A stretch of 64,000 nucleotides of DNA, from contig JAMFSS010000008.1 in assembly GCA_026225415.1 (NCBI GenBank), positions 45,219 to 109,218 on the forward strand, in the 5' to 3' direction. The DNA is from Alphaproteobacteria bacterium (lineage in GTDB: Bacteria; Pseudomonadota; Alphaproteobacteria; UBA9219). A program made the position numbers and the translations under genes. Position 1 is the first letter of the stretch. Every line of letters begins with the position of its first letter. The notes below the pieces were generated by a model. That model searched no databases, was not told the origin of the DNA, and saw nothing but the letters and a program-made list of their open reading frames with translations. Below are positions 17,974-26,857 of the stretch, one piece after another.

Positions 17974-18887
17974 ACCTTTTCGATTTCGGGTCGGCCAAAC
18001 AATCCGTTGGGGCGCACAATCAACACCATCATCAAAACGCCGAACACCGCGACGTCTTTATATTCCGCATTCACATAACCGCCCCAAAAGGATTCAATCA
18101 TGCCGATCATAACACCGCCGATCATCGCTCCCGGTAATGAACCAATGCCACCCAAAACTGCCGCCGCAAATGCCTTCATACCCGCCAGAAAACCCATATA
18201 AAAATCGACCACGCCATAATACATGGTGACCATGAAGCCGGCCACCGCCGCCAAAGCCGCGCCAAGCACAAAAGTTGTCGAGATAGTGCGATCGACATTA
18301 ATACCAACCAAGGCCGCCATAATTTTATCCTGTTCACAGGCGCGTTGTGCCCGCCCCAACGGCGTGCGCGATACCAACAGGCTGATGGATGCCATCAACG
18401 ATATTGTTAAAACCAGAATGACCATTTGCAGGTAAGACAGCGAAACGGCGAACCCATCCGCCCGTTGCATCAGCGTGATGCCGCCTTGTAAGACGGGCTC
18501 CATCGTCTTCACGCGGGCACCCTGCAAAAGCTGAACATAATTTTGCAGCAATACCGACATGCCGATAGCGGATATCAAAGGCGCGAGCCGTGTCGATTTC
18601 CGCAGCGGGCGATAGGCAACACGTTCGATGCTCCAGCCATACAGGCTTGTAATCAACACGCTGACCACAAGGATAATCAGCAATGCCAGCGCCACCGAAG
18701 AAACGCCCGCCGCCGACAAAACCGCAAAGCCGATCACGGTGATAAACGCGCCGATCATAAAAATTTCGCCATGCGCGAAATTGATCATGCCGATAATGCC
18801 ATAGACCATTGTGTAACCAATGGCGATGAGCCCATAGACGGCACCGAGCGTCAAACCATTAATCAGCTGTTGCAGGAAGTACGCCAC
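17970..18887 (-). CDS. livH: branched-chain amino acid ABC transporter permease (LivH family)
   Basis: 305 aa; QQLINGLTLGAVYGLIAIGYTMVYG, INFAHGEIFMIGAF. Confidence 0.85.
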   Translation of the reverse strand: MAYFLQQLINGLTLGAVYGLIAIGYTMVYGIIGMINFAHGEIFMIGAFITVIGFAVLSAAGVSSVALALLIILVVSVLITSLYGWSIERVAYRPLRKSTRLAPLISAIGMSVLLQNYVQLLQGARVKTMEPVLQGGITLMQRADGFAVSLSYLQMVILVLTISLMASISLLVSRTPLGRAQRACEQDKIMAALVGINVDRTISTTFVLGAALAAVAGFMVTMYYGVVDFYMGFLAGMKAFAAAVLGGIGSLPGAMIGGVMIGMIESFWGGYVNAEYKDVAVFGVLMMVLIVRPNGLFGRPEIEKV

Positions 18888-19379
18888 TTATCGTCCTTTG
18901 GCACCACAAGGATGCACAAGCGTGGGGTGCGACAGGCCCATTTTCTCCGCTTCGTTTTCCACATCGGACGGTGAAGCCGATTCCATTTTCGCCACGCGGT
19001 CGCGGTAGGTTTCGCAGAATGCGCCCGACCCCATATTGGCCGATTTTTCGCCGAATTCATTCGCCAAAATAGTGCGCAGCCTGTCCAGATGTTCTGTGGG
19101 ATCACCCTTGGCATGTTGGCGGTAGTAGCCCATCAGGGTTTGTTCGGCATCATGCAACACATTGATATTTTTATGGGTGAAACCGCCATAGGCGGTGGGC
19201 AGCGATTGGCCGCCGGATCCCTGTTTGCAGGTCACGGTTATCACCATCAATTCCGAATGAAGCCGCAGCAATTGTTCGGCATGCGCTTCGGCTTCGTTGT
19301 AACAGGCGTCGCTGGCCATCGCTTGGGTGGCGAACGCCAAAGAGGCCAGAAAAATGAAACAGGGAATAAGACGGGACAT
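18888..19379 (-). CDS. secreted hypothetical protein
   Basis: 163 aa. Signal peptide MSRLIPCFIFLASLAFATQAMA|S, four Cys in the mature part, no recognisable motif. It abuts the livH start with no spacer. Confidence 0.5.
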   Translation of the reverse strand: MSRLIPCFIFLASLAFATQAMASDACYNEAEAHAEQLLRLHSELMVITVTCKQGSGGQSLPTAYGGFTHKNINVLHDAEQTLMGYYRQHAKGDPTEHLDRLRTILANEFGEKSANMGSGAFCETYRDRVAKMESASPSDVENEAEKMGLSHPTLVHPCGAKGR

Positions 19380-19556
19380 GCGAACCTCGTTCAGGGGGAT
19401 GGGGCTTTCAAAACCGTGGACAAGCTATCATAGTCGTGACAAGTTTCTATCCACAAAAAATAGCGACTCAACCTGTGGTTAGAGCCGATCGCGACCAGGC
19501 AGAACCGATGAAAGGCTTTGGTCGCGTGAATCGGCTCAATATATATAAAGGCTCAC

Positions 19557-20372
19557 ATGCGCTTTGCTCCTGACAACGCCAAAATAGTTTTGGGCATGAT
19601 TGAAGACGGGTTGAAAGACCCCGCCGAGCCTTCTTTGCGTCTTGCAAAATTATGGCACAAGGCTTTGTTCGCGCGGTGCCACGGCCTGACCGCCGATTTA
19701 CGTCAGATTACCGGCGACAAGGTTCACGGCGGGCCTTTCAAGGGTATGAAATTAACGGAAGACGCTATTTTGACTTATCGCACCACAGTTATGTTGGGGT
19801 GTTACGAACATGAATTGCATCCCGTTTTTGAAAAAGTGATCGCGACCCCTTACACGCGTATTTTGAATATTGGTTGTTCGGTTGGTTATTATGCAGTTGG
19901 GTTGGCGATGCGCATGCCGCATGTGATTATCGAAGCATTTGATATCGATCCCGAAGCGCGCCGCAAATGTGCCGATTTGGCGCGCGCCAATGGGGTGGAA
20001 GACCGTGTTAAAATTTCCGGCCAGTTTTACGGCGATGATTTTGCCAAATATGCCGGCGAGAAAATTTTGGCTTTGGTTGATATTGAAGGCGCGGAAACGG
20101 AATTATTGACTCCTGCCGCCTATCCCGCGTTACGCAACATGGATGTGATTGTTGAATTGCATGATGTGTTTAACCCGGCCATTTCCAAAATTGTGACCGA
20201 ACGTTTTAGGGACAGCCATGCGATCAATTTTATCCCGAACCAGAATTTCCTGCCCGATATGACCGGCATCCTTGCGCCCGGCCATTATCTGGACCCGTTC
20301 GACCATTTGTTATTGGGGTGGGAATCACGCGACGGCGCAACACCGTGGGGCGTTTATACAGCGCGGGATTGA
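19557..20372 (+). CDS. class I SAM-dependent methyltransferase (unknown substrate)
   Basis: 271 aa; motif I ILNIGCSVGYYAVGLA, acidic residue in EAFDIDPEA, and ALVDIEGAE. Confidence 0.5.
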   Translation: MRFAPDNAKIVLGMIEDGLKDPAEPSLRLAKLWHKALFARCHGLTADLRQITGDKVHGGPFKGMKLTEDAILTYRTTVMLGCYEHELHPVFEKVIATPYTRILNIGCSVGYYAVGLAMRMPHVIIEAFDIDPEARRKCADLARANGVEDRVKISGQFYGDDFAKYAGEKILALVDIEGAETELLTPAAYPALRNMDVIVELHDVFNPAISKIVTERFRDSHAINFIPNQNFLPDMTGILAPGHYLDPFDHLLLGWESRDGATPWGVYTARD

Positions 20373-20770
20373 CACCACACCAGATAACGCAACAAAACAT
20401 AGGTTATCGGGACAACCACACAGAGTGCCAATAATTGCGCGAGATAGGGCGATATACCGTATGTCGCAAACCCTTTGAGCAACCCAAGATTAAGCAAATA
20501 AGTTGTGCCATAGACCAACAGAAAGCGGATAAAAATGCCTGCTTTGCCGCCCTTTTGATGATCGGAAGTAAAGACAAAATTGCCATAAGAATGAAAGTTA
20601 AATGCGATTCCGGCACACATGCTGACAAGTAGCGCCCAAGGCAAGGGCAGCCGCAAAAAACCAACCGCAGCCGCATAACACGCATAACCAAACAAAGTAT
20701 TCACGCCACCCGTCACAAGAAAACGGATACCCTGATGGGCAAACAAAGAGGAGAAAAACGGCTTGTTCAT
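20354..20770 (-). CDS. GtrA-family membrane protein (polyprenyl-phosphate-sugar flippase candidate)
   Basis: 138 aa from the ATG at 20768-20770. IRFLVTGGVNTLFGYACY.. has four predicted TM helices, typical of GtrA. The rest of track ORF 20354-21235 overlaps rfbF and was rejected. Confidence 0.7.
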   Translation of the reverse strand: MNKPFFSSLFAHQGIRFLVTGGVNTLFGYACYAAAVGFLRLPLPWALLVSMCAGIAFNFHSYGNFVFTSDHQKGGKAGIFIRFLLVYGTTYLLNLGLLKGFATYGISPYLAQLLALCVVVPITYVLLRYLVWCQSRAV

Positions 20771-20920
20771 GCGGCGCAGCCTATCGCCAAACGCCCCTGC
20801 GAGTCCAATGTGTTTTTCGGGCAAAACCAACCAATATAACTTTACAAACAGGGGGTTACAGAAGCACAAAGAACTGGTACAAATTGCCCCCACAGACCCA
20901 CCTTTGCCCGGACTCCATCC

Positions 20921-21697
20921 ATGAAAGTTATTATTCTCGCAGGCGGCCTTGGCACAAGGATCACCGAAGAATCCGCGCTTAAACCGAAGCCGATGATTGA
21001 AATCGGCGGGCGGCCCATTCTTTGGCATATCATGAAAATCTATTCGCATTATGGATTTAACGATTTCGTCGTTTGTCTTGGCTATCGCGGCTATGTCATC
21101 AAGGAATATTTCTCGAATTATTTTCTGCACATGTCTGACGTTACCTTTCATATGCAGGAAAACCAGATGGAAGTGCATCGCAAACATGCGGAGCCCTGGC
21201 GCGTGACATTGGTTGATACCGGCGCCGAAACGCATACCGGCGGGCGGCTGAAACGCATCGCGGAATATGTCAAAGACGATGAAAGTTTCGCCATGACCTA
21301 TGGCGACGGTGTTTCGGATGTCGATATCGGCAAATTAAAGAAATTTCATGATGCGCATGGCAAATGGGCGACCGTTACCGCTGTGCGCCCTTCCAGCCGT
21401 TATGGCATTTTAAGCATGGATGACGATCATAATGTTACCCGTTTTCAGGAAAAGCCTGATGATGAAGTTGGCTACATCAATGGCGGTTTCTTTATTTTAT
21501 CGCCCAAAGTTCTGGATTTGGTTGATGATGACCAGATGCCATGGGAGAAGAAACCCATGGAGAAACTGGCGCAACAAGGGCAATTACAGGCCTTTATTCA
21601 TGATGGGTTCTGGCAACCCATGGATACTATGCGCGACAAGAATTTCCTTGAAGAAGAATGGTCGAAAAAACGGGCAAAATGGAAAGTCTGGGAATGA
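20921..21697 (+). CDS. rfbF: glucose-1-phosphate cytidylyltransferase
   Basis: 258 aa; MKVIILAGGLGTRITEES, KPMIEIGGRPILWHIMK, INGGFF. Confidence 0.9.
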   Translation: MKVIILAGGLGTRITEESALKPKPMIEIGGRPILWHIMKIYSHYGFNDFVVCLGYRGYVIKEYFSNYFLHMSDVTFHMQENQMEVHRKHAEPWRVTLVDTGAETHTGGRLKRIAEYVKDDESFAMTYGDGVSDVDIGKLKKFHDAHGKWATVTAVRPSSRYGILSMDDDHNVTRFQEKPDDEVGYINGGFFILSPKVLDLVDDDQMPWEKKPMEKLAQQGQLQAFIHDGFWQPMDTMRDKNFLEEEWSKKRAKWKVWE

Positions 21698-22779
21698 CGG
21701 TAGATTCCGCCTTTTGGCGCGGACGCCGCGTTTTCATGACAGGGCATACGGGCTTTAAGGGCACATGGCTGTCGCTATGGCTCGGCAAGATGGGTGCTCA
21801 TGTAACGGGTTATTCATTGGCTGAGCCCGTCAGCAGTCCCAACATGTTCGACCTGACCCATGCCGCCTCGGCGATGACAAACCTGCAAGGTGATATCCGC
21901 GATCTTCCGGCGTTGGAAAACGCGATTATAAATGCCAAGCCCGAGCTGATCATTCACATGGCGGCACAGGCTTTGGTGCGCGCCTCCTATGAGGATCCGA
22001 TCGGTAATTACGCGACCAATGTTATGGGCACAGTGCATGTGCTGGATGCGGCGCGGCGTTGCAAGTCCGTTAGGGCGATACTGGTTGTCACGAGCGACAA
22101 ATGTTACGAGAACCGCGAACAGATGCAGGGTTACAGCGAAGCCGACGCGATGGGCGGCTATGACCCCTACAGCAGCAGCAAGGGTTGCGCGGAACTGGTG
22201 GCGTCGGCCTATCGACGTTCTTATTTCAATCCGCAAAAATATGCCGAACATGGCGTCGCATTGGCAACCGCGCGTGCCGGCAATGTTATTGGCGGCGGCG
22301 ATTGGGCGCAGGATCGCCTTGTGCCCGATGCCATCCGCGCCTTTATCAAGGGTGAAACCGTGGAAGTGCGCAGCCCCACCGCCATACGTCCGTGGCAGCA
22401 TGTGCTAGAACCCCTGAGCGGCTATCTGCAATTAAGCCAGCAATTATTGGGTGACAACGCCGCCGCATTTGCCGAAGGATGGAATTTTGGCCCGCATGAA
22501 GAAAGCGAACAGCCCGTCGAACATATTCTTGATCTTTTGACGGGGAAATGGGGGCCGGATGCCCAATGGCGTAAAACGCCGGATGTTGCCAATTTGCATG
22601 AAGCGCATTATTTAAAACTGGATTGCACCAAAGCGCATGAGCAGTTGAAATGGCAACCCTCTTTCAGGCTGGAACAGGCGTTGGAGTTGACCGCCGACTG
22701 GTACAAAGCCTATCAAAACAAAAACGATCTGCGCGCTTTGACGCTTGCGCAGATCGATATTCTTATGAATAAGCACTAG
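21694..22779 (+). CDS. rfbG: CDP-glucose 4,6-dehydratase
   Basis: VFMTGHTGFKGTWLSLWL, SDKCYEN, YSSSKGCAE. The ATG at 21694 overlaps the rfbF stop (ATGA). Confidence 0.9.
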   Translation: MTVDSAFWRGRRVFMTGHTGFKGTWLSLWLGKMGAHVTGYSLAEPVSSPNMFDLTHAASAMTNLQGDIRDLPALENAIINAKPELIIHMAAQALVRASYEDPIGNYATNVMGTVHVLDAARRCKSVRAILVVTSDKCYENREQMQGYSEADAMGGYDPYSSSKGCAELVASAYRRSYFNPQKYAEHGVALATARAGNVIGGGDWAQDRLVPDAIRAFIKGETVEVRSPTAIRPWQHVLEPLSGYLQLSQQLLGDNAAAFAEGWNFGPHEESEQPVEHILDLLTGKWGPDAQWRKTPDVANLHEAHYLKLDCTKAHEQLKWQPSFRLEQALELTADWYKAYQNKNDLRALTLAQIDILMNKH

Positions 22780-22885
22780 AGCAGAGCGCGAAGAGGCTTG
22801 CTTCTCGTGGCGTGAATCTGTTCGGCAAAACAAAAAGCTAGAGCATCTTGCGCGCAAGCCCTGGCGGACATCCTTGTGCCGCCAT

Positions 22886-23839
22886 TCACTTCATCACTGA
22901 GGATCGCGCAAACGCAAAACGCTCTGCAGCCATAACCTGAGCGATGCCAACAAGAAGACTTGTCCTTGGTGTCCGTTCATTGCTTAGGATAGTTATTGAA
23001 TGAAACTGGATCCGCCGTTTATAAATGCCGGACAGTTTGCTTGTACTCGTAGCTATCCTGAGAGTACGCCGGGTGATTCTTTTATAAATTGAGATAATTT
23101 CGGCAATCGTAGTGGGTTGTTCAGAAGCGATTATCTTTGTGAAAACACCCGGCTTGCTGCTTATGCCGCGCGTTGCGGTCACTATCGCAGCGGCAGCATC
23201 ATTAGCGGCGATGTAATCGCGAATAGTGTCAAATGGCACATAAATCTGTATAGGCTGGTTACGCAATGTGCGGCGTGCAATTTCTGCAAGAAGGCCTTGC
23301 TGTTTTCCGGTCGCCTGACCTGAACCATAAAGTGTGGATATTCGTGCGAGCAATGCTGTTACGCTGCAATTAGCGGTGGCAAATGCCCTTATCAGATTCT
23401 CTTGTTTGAGTTTTTCGTGAGCGTAGGCGGTTGTTGGTGCTGCTGGTGTATCTTCGGTGATAAGATCATCTGTTGCCCCTGCATAAATTGCACCTGCCGA
23501 ACTGGCGAAAGTGAAACATCCTTTCCCGGCGATTAACCTTGGCTCGGATTTGACAAGATTAAGGAATGTCGACAGAACCCGCGTTTCAATCGCAAGCTCA
23601 TCCGCACAACTGCCCATGGTGCCCAGACCTGCGGCCCAATAAATTTGCCAGTTATTTTCATCCCCTACAAAAGCACTAAATGCCTTAACCGCCGCCTCTA
23701 GCTGAACAGTAAGGTCACGTTCCCTACCCCATGAAAAACGCTCGGCTGGCGTGAACAAATTGATTTCCGTACCATGCAATGCCCTACGCAACGACGAGCC
23801 TAAAAGACCGCCGCCGCCTACAACCCAAGCTGCGGTCAT
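22886..23839 (-). CDS. extended-SDR NAD(P)-dependent sugar epimerase/reductase
   Basis: 317 aa; VVGGGGLLGSSL (GxxGxxG), catalytic YAHEK (YxxxK). There is an ATGA overlap with the upstream GT2 gene. Confidence 0.65.
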   Translation of the reverse strand: MTAAWVVGGGGLLGSSLRRALHGTEINLFTPAERFSWGRERDLTVQLEAAVKAFSAFVGDENNWQIYWAAGLGTMGSCADELAIETRVLSTFLNLVKSEPRLIAGKGCFTFASSAGAIYAGATDDLITEDTPAAPTTAYAHEKLKQENLIRAFATANCSVTALLARISTLYGSGQATGKQQGLLAEIARRTLRNQPIQIYVPFDTIRDYIAANDAAAAIVTATRGISSKPGVFTKIIASEQPTTIAEIISIYKRITRRTLRIATSTSKLSGIYKRRIQFHSITILSNERTPRTSLLVGIAQVMAAERFAFARSSVMK

Positions 23840-24816
23840 GAGTGAATCCCCGTCCGTGTGGGCTTGGTGCTAATGACATACAGGGGTTTTCCCATAACGA
23901 TGCCCATGGTTACCGCAAGATACTCAGCAATAACGCCGAGAGAGGTCAGTGTTGCCCCAGAAAAAAAAGCAACTACGATTAATAGTGATGCCCAACCTTG
24001 AACCGGATCATCATTGAAAAATTTACCATAAAATGCGAACCCGGAAATGCCTATGGCTACTGCCAGAGAGCAAAAACCCATCATGGTAATCAATCTAAGC
24101 GGACGGGTACCGGTGGTAAGGATCAAGTTCCAGAAATGGCCAAACAACTTTAAATAGGAGTACCCTGACGGTCGATCTAATTCATTTCTCAGCCGCACTG
24201 GACAGTGCCCCATGCGGCCAACAATCCAGAAAAGCCCAACGTCAAGATAGACTCCGTTGCCACAATAAGCCGCTAAGGTTCGCGAAATCTCGCCATCAAC
24301 CAGTCGAAAACTATTGAATTTTCCTATCTGACTGTTGCCTAATAAAATAGCAGTGATGGCTTTGGCTGTCCGGCTCAGTATGTTCCGTAACCAGCCATGG
24401 GGTGGTGGATTTGTCGGCTGCGCGTAAACAAGCTGAAGTGATTCATTGACTGCGCTATCCAACATGCGTCCAATATCTACGGGGTCTTGTTGGCAGTCTT
24501 CATCAATCGTCGCAACCCAATCGCCCGTTGCGCTTGCCATGCCTGCCATAGTCGCTGCGTGCTGCCCGTAATTTTTTGACAGCCATATTGGCCGAACGAA
24601 TGAATACTTAGCTCCGAGTTCCTCCAATACACTGTCAGATCGGTCAGGACCGCAATCATGCACAAGTATGACTTCACAAATCACATAGCGCGTTCCCTTA
24701 GGTGTCGACTGCCCGAGTGTCAGTGGTGCGATCTCAGCAATCAATGTCGGGAGAGTTTTCTCCCCCCGATAAACCGGGATAACGAGAGAAACGCGATGAG
24801 GTGCGGAATCATTCAT
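23836..24816 (-). CDS. family 2 glycosyltransferase, polyprenyl-phosphate sugar synthase type (ArnC/GtrB/DPM1-like)
   Basis: 326 aa; SLVIPVYRGEKTL, ILVHDCGPD, TIDEDCQQDP, and two C-terminal TM helices. A strong SD (AAGGAG) precedes the ATG. Confidence 0.75.
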   Translation of the reverse strand: MNDSAPHRVSLVIPVYRGEKTLPTLIAEIAPLTLGQSTPKGTRYVICEVILVHDCGPDRSDSVLEELGAKYSFVRPIWLSKNYGQHAATMAGMASATGDWVATIDEDCQQDPVDIGRMLDSAVNESLQLVYAQPTNPPPHGWLRNILSRTAKAITAILLGNSQIGKFNSFRLVDGEISRTLAAYCGNGVYLDVGLFWIVGRMGHCPVRLRNELDRPSGYSYLKLFGHFWNLILTTGTRPLRLITMMGFCSLAVAIGISGFAFYGKFFNDDPVQGWASLLIVVAFFSGATLTSLGVIAEYLAVTMGIVMGKPLYVISTKPTRTGIHS

Positions 24817-25097
24817 GAGTTTTTTAGCTCCTTTATTGCTCTACGCGCATTTAAGGCCAAAGTGATTGTAGAGAAGTCTATGACCTTTGGGAAGAACCCG
24901 TGGACAGGTCGCCTGTCCCGTTCAGGCCGAGCCTCGACGCATGACAGGGTAGCGAAGAAGATTTTTACCCCCATACGTCAGCGACATTCCCAGTACGTAG
25001 TGAATTCTTTGTCGTTGTCGAGAGCGGATCCCATCAACGCGCAGGGAAATCAAAACTGCAACGCTGCACAAGACCTAAATCACTTAGGCTGACGCCC

Positions 25098-26774
25098 CTA
25101 ATTCTTCTTCCATATTTCAATCTGGCTTTCGGGCAATCCAATGGTGTTTTCCAGATGATAGGGTTCAGTCTCTGTCATATGCATCAGGCCAAGCTTCTCG
25201 CGCCCATACTGGCCGTTGAATTTATCAAGCACGTTATAGATAACGTAATCGGGATGAAAATCATCGATTTGCTGTGGGCTATACCACCAGAAATGATAAT
25301 CCTTAAGCGCTTTGCCATCAGGGATCGGCACAAATTGGTCATGCGCAATAGTGGCGCCATTCGGCACGGATTTTTCAATGTAGTTATAAACCTTGAACTG
25401 CGCGGTATCGCGGTAAAGATAAAAGCCCCGTATTTCCGCCAGATTGGCTTGAGCATGAGGATAGGCCAATGCGGCGAGGATAGAGACGAAACACAAACTA
25501 ACTAGCGGCGCAGGCAATCGCATCCGGCGTAATCCGTTCTCTAGCACAAAAAGGATATTCAACATCATGACTGGCATCACCGGGATCAAATAGGCGGTGA
25601 CAACAAACAGACGGTACATATAAGTCGTGAAAAGGACATTCGCGAGCGCGCTGATATTTAGAAAGAGTAACCCTTTAACTAGAAAACTTTTATTCCGCTT
25701 GCAACCGAGCCACCCCGCCATGAACAAGGTAGCGATAATAGCAGAAAGCGTCAGCGGCTGAGTCAATAAAAGTTCGCCCCAGGCTTTCATCGAAGCCAAC
25801 CCTGAAGGCAACGCAACAGAAGCCTGGGTCTGCACGGCCGTATTGGCTATTTGCGCCGCTATTGCCTTTCTTAATTTCAGAAAAAAGGACGGGTTGACGA
25901 TAAAAAAGACGGCGACAGAGAAAAAGGCGCTGCTGCCGATAAGGCGCAAGCCCCCTTCACGAAGAAAAGACATTGGCTTCAGTCCCTTTTTGTGAACCAG
26001 CGCCGCCAGCAAAAGAAGATAGATGGCGCCCGCAGAGAGCAGAAAAGAAGGCTTGGCCAAACTCGCCAGCACCAAAAATAGCAGCGTGGCATAATAATGA
26101 ATCTTGCCCGACTTTTCATCCCACGGCGCCGCATAGAAATCATAAAGATAAATCAGCGAAAGATTGATAAACAGAACAGCAATAGGTTCAGGATGGAAGC
26201 GATAGCCATACATGGCCATAGCTGTGCCGCCCAGAAAAGCCAAGGTCCCCGCAAAAGAAGCAAAAGGCCCCACAAATTTGCGGAACAAAAAATACGTCGA
26301 AAGACAGGCTAAAAAACCATATAGCACATGCAGGATTTTCAGGCCGATATAGACGGTCTCAAAAACATTGGCATGGAACAACAGGCCGATCAGTTTGACC
26401 GGCAGCAAAACCCAAAAAGAAAAGAAGAAGTATGTCCACCCATAAAAAGAGGAATGATAACCCGCCATCTGATTATAGAGTGACATCGGCTGAAGAATTT
26501 TTAGCATCGAGTCGAGCATTGATGCATGATCGACACCGACAGAGCCGATAAAGGAAAAGCCGACATCGTTCATAATAAAGATCGACGGCACTGTGAAAAT
26601 GGCTTGGATCAAAAGAAGCGCAATTGCCCAACGGGAAATAGAGAGTCTTTTGATCTCGCCCCATAAAAAACCGCGCAATTCGCGAATCAAAAGCCAGGAT
26701 CCGCTTTTTGCCGCGCAAGCGGCGTTTAGGAAGCGGGAACCCGCAGCGTCAGGATGTTTCATTTGCAAAAACAC
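25098..26774 (-). CDS. GT-C fold membrane glycosyltransferase (ArnT/PMT_2-like)
   Basis: 558 aa with at least 10 predicted TM helices, followed by a soluble tail of about 120 aa. It sits next to a polyprenyl-phosphate GT2. The coding sequence is AT-rich by eye. Confidence 0.55.
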   Translation of the reverse strand: MFLQMKHPDAAGSRFLNAACAAKSGSWLLIRELRGFLWGEIKRLSISRWAIALLLIQAIFTVPSIFIMNDVGFSFIGSVGVDHASMLDSMLKILQPMSLYNQMAGYHSSFYGWTYFFFSFWVLLPVKLIGLLFHANVFETVYIGLKILHVLYGFLACLSTYFLFRKFVGPFASFAGTLAFLGGTAMAMYGYRFHPEPIAVLFINLSLIYLYDFYAAPWDEKSGKIHYYATLLFLVLASLAKPSFLLSAGAIYLLLLAALVHKKGLKPMSFLREGGLRLIGSSAFFSVAVFFIVNPSFFLKLRKAIAAQIANTAVQTQASVALPSGLASMKAWGELLLTQPLTLSAIIATLFMAGWLGCKRNKSFLVKGLLFLNISALANVLFTTYMYRLFVVTAYLIPVMPVMMLNILFVLENGLRRMRLPAPLVSLCFVSILAALAYPHAQANLAEIRGFYLYRDTAQFKVYNYIEKSVPNGATIAHDQFVPIPDGKALKDYHFWWYSPQQIDDFHPDYVIYNVLDKFNGQYGREKLGLMHMTETEPYHLENTIGLPESQIEIWKKN

Positions 26775-26857
26775 ATGTTATTTATTATTCCAGCTTTTCT
26801 AACAGATGGGGCTTCGGTACGCAAATGAGTCGTCCTGCAGGCCTCATCGTAGCCGCC

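Noticed and set aside
20771-21235. N-terminal extension of track ORF 20354-21235 (293 aa)
   Set aside because: The upstream 155 codons overlap rfbF on the opposite strand and show no membrane-protein character. The GtrA-like part begins at the internal ATG at 20768-20770 (MNKPFF..), so only 20354-20770 is called.
24658-25092. 144-aa plus-strand ORF spanning the GT2 start and the 280-nt GT2/GT-C spacer
   Set aside because: It begins antisense to the GT2 gene, has no motif, and has no ribosome-binding site. The spacer contains a small hairpin (GGACAGG-TCG-CCTGTCC, about 24901-24917) but nothing I can call a gene.
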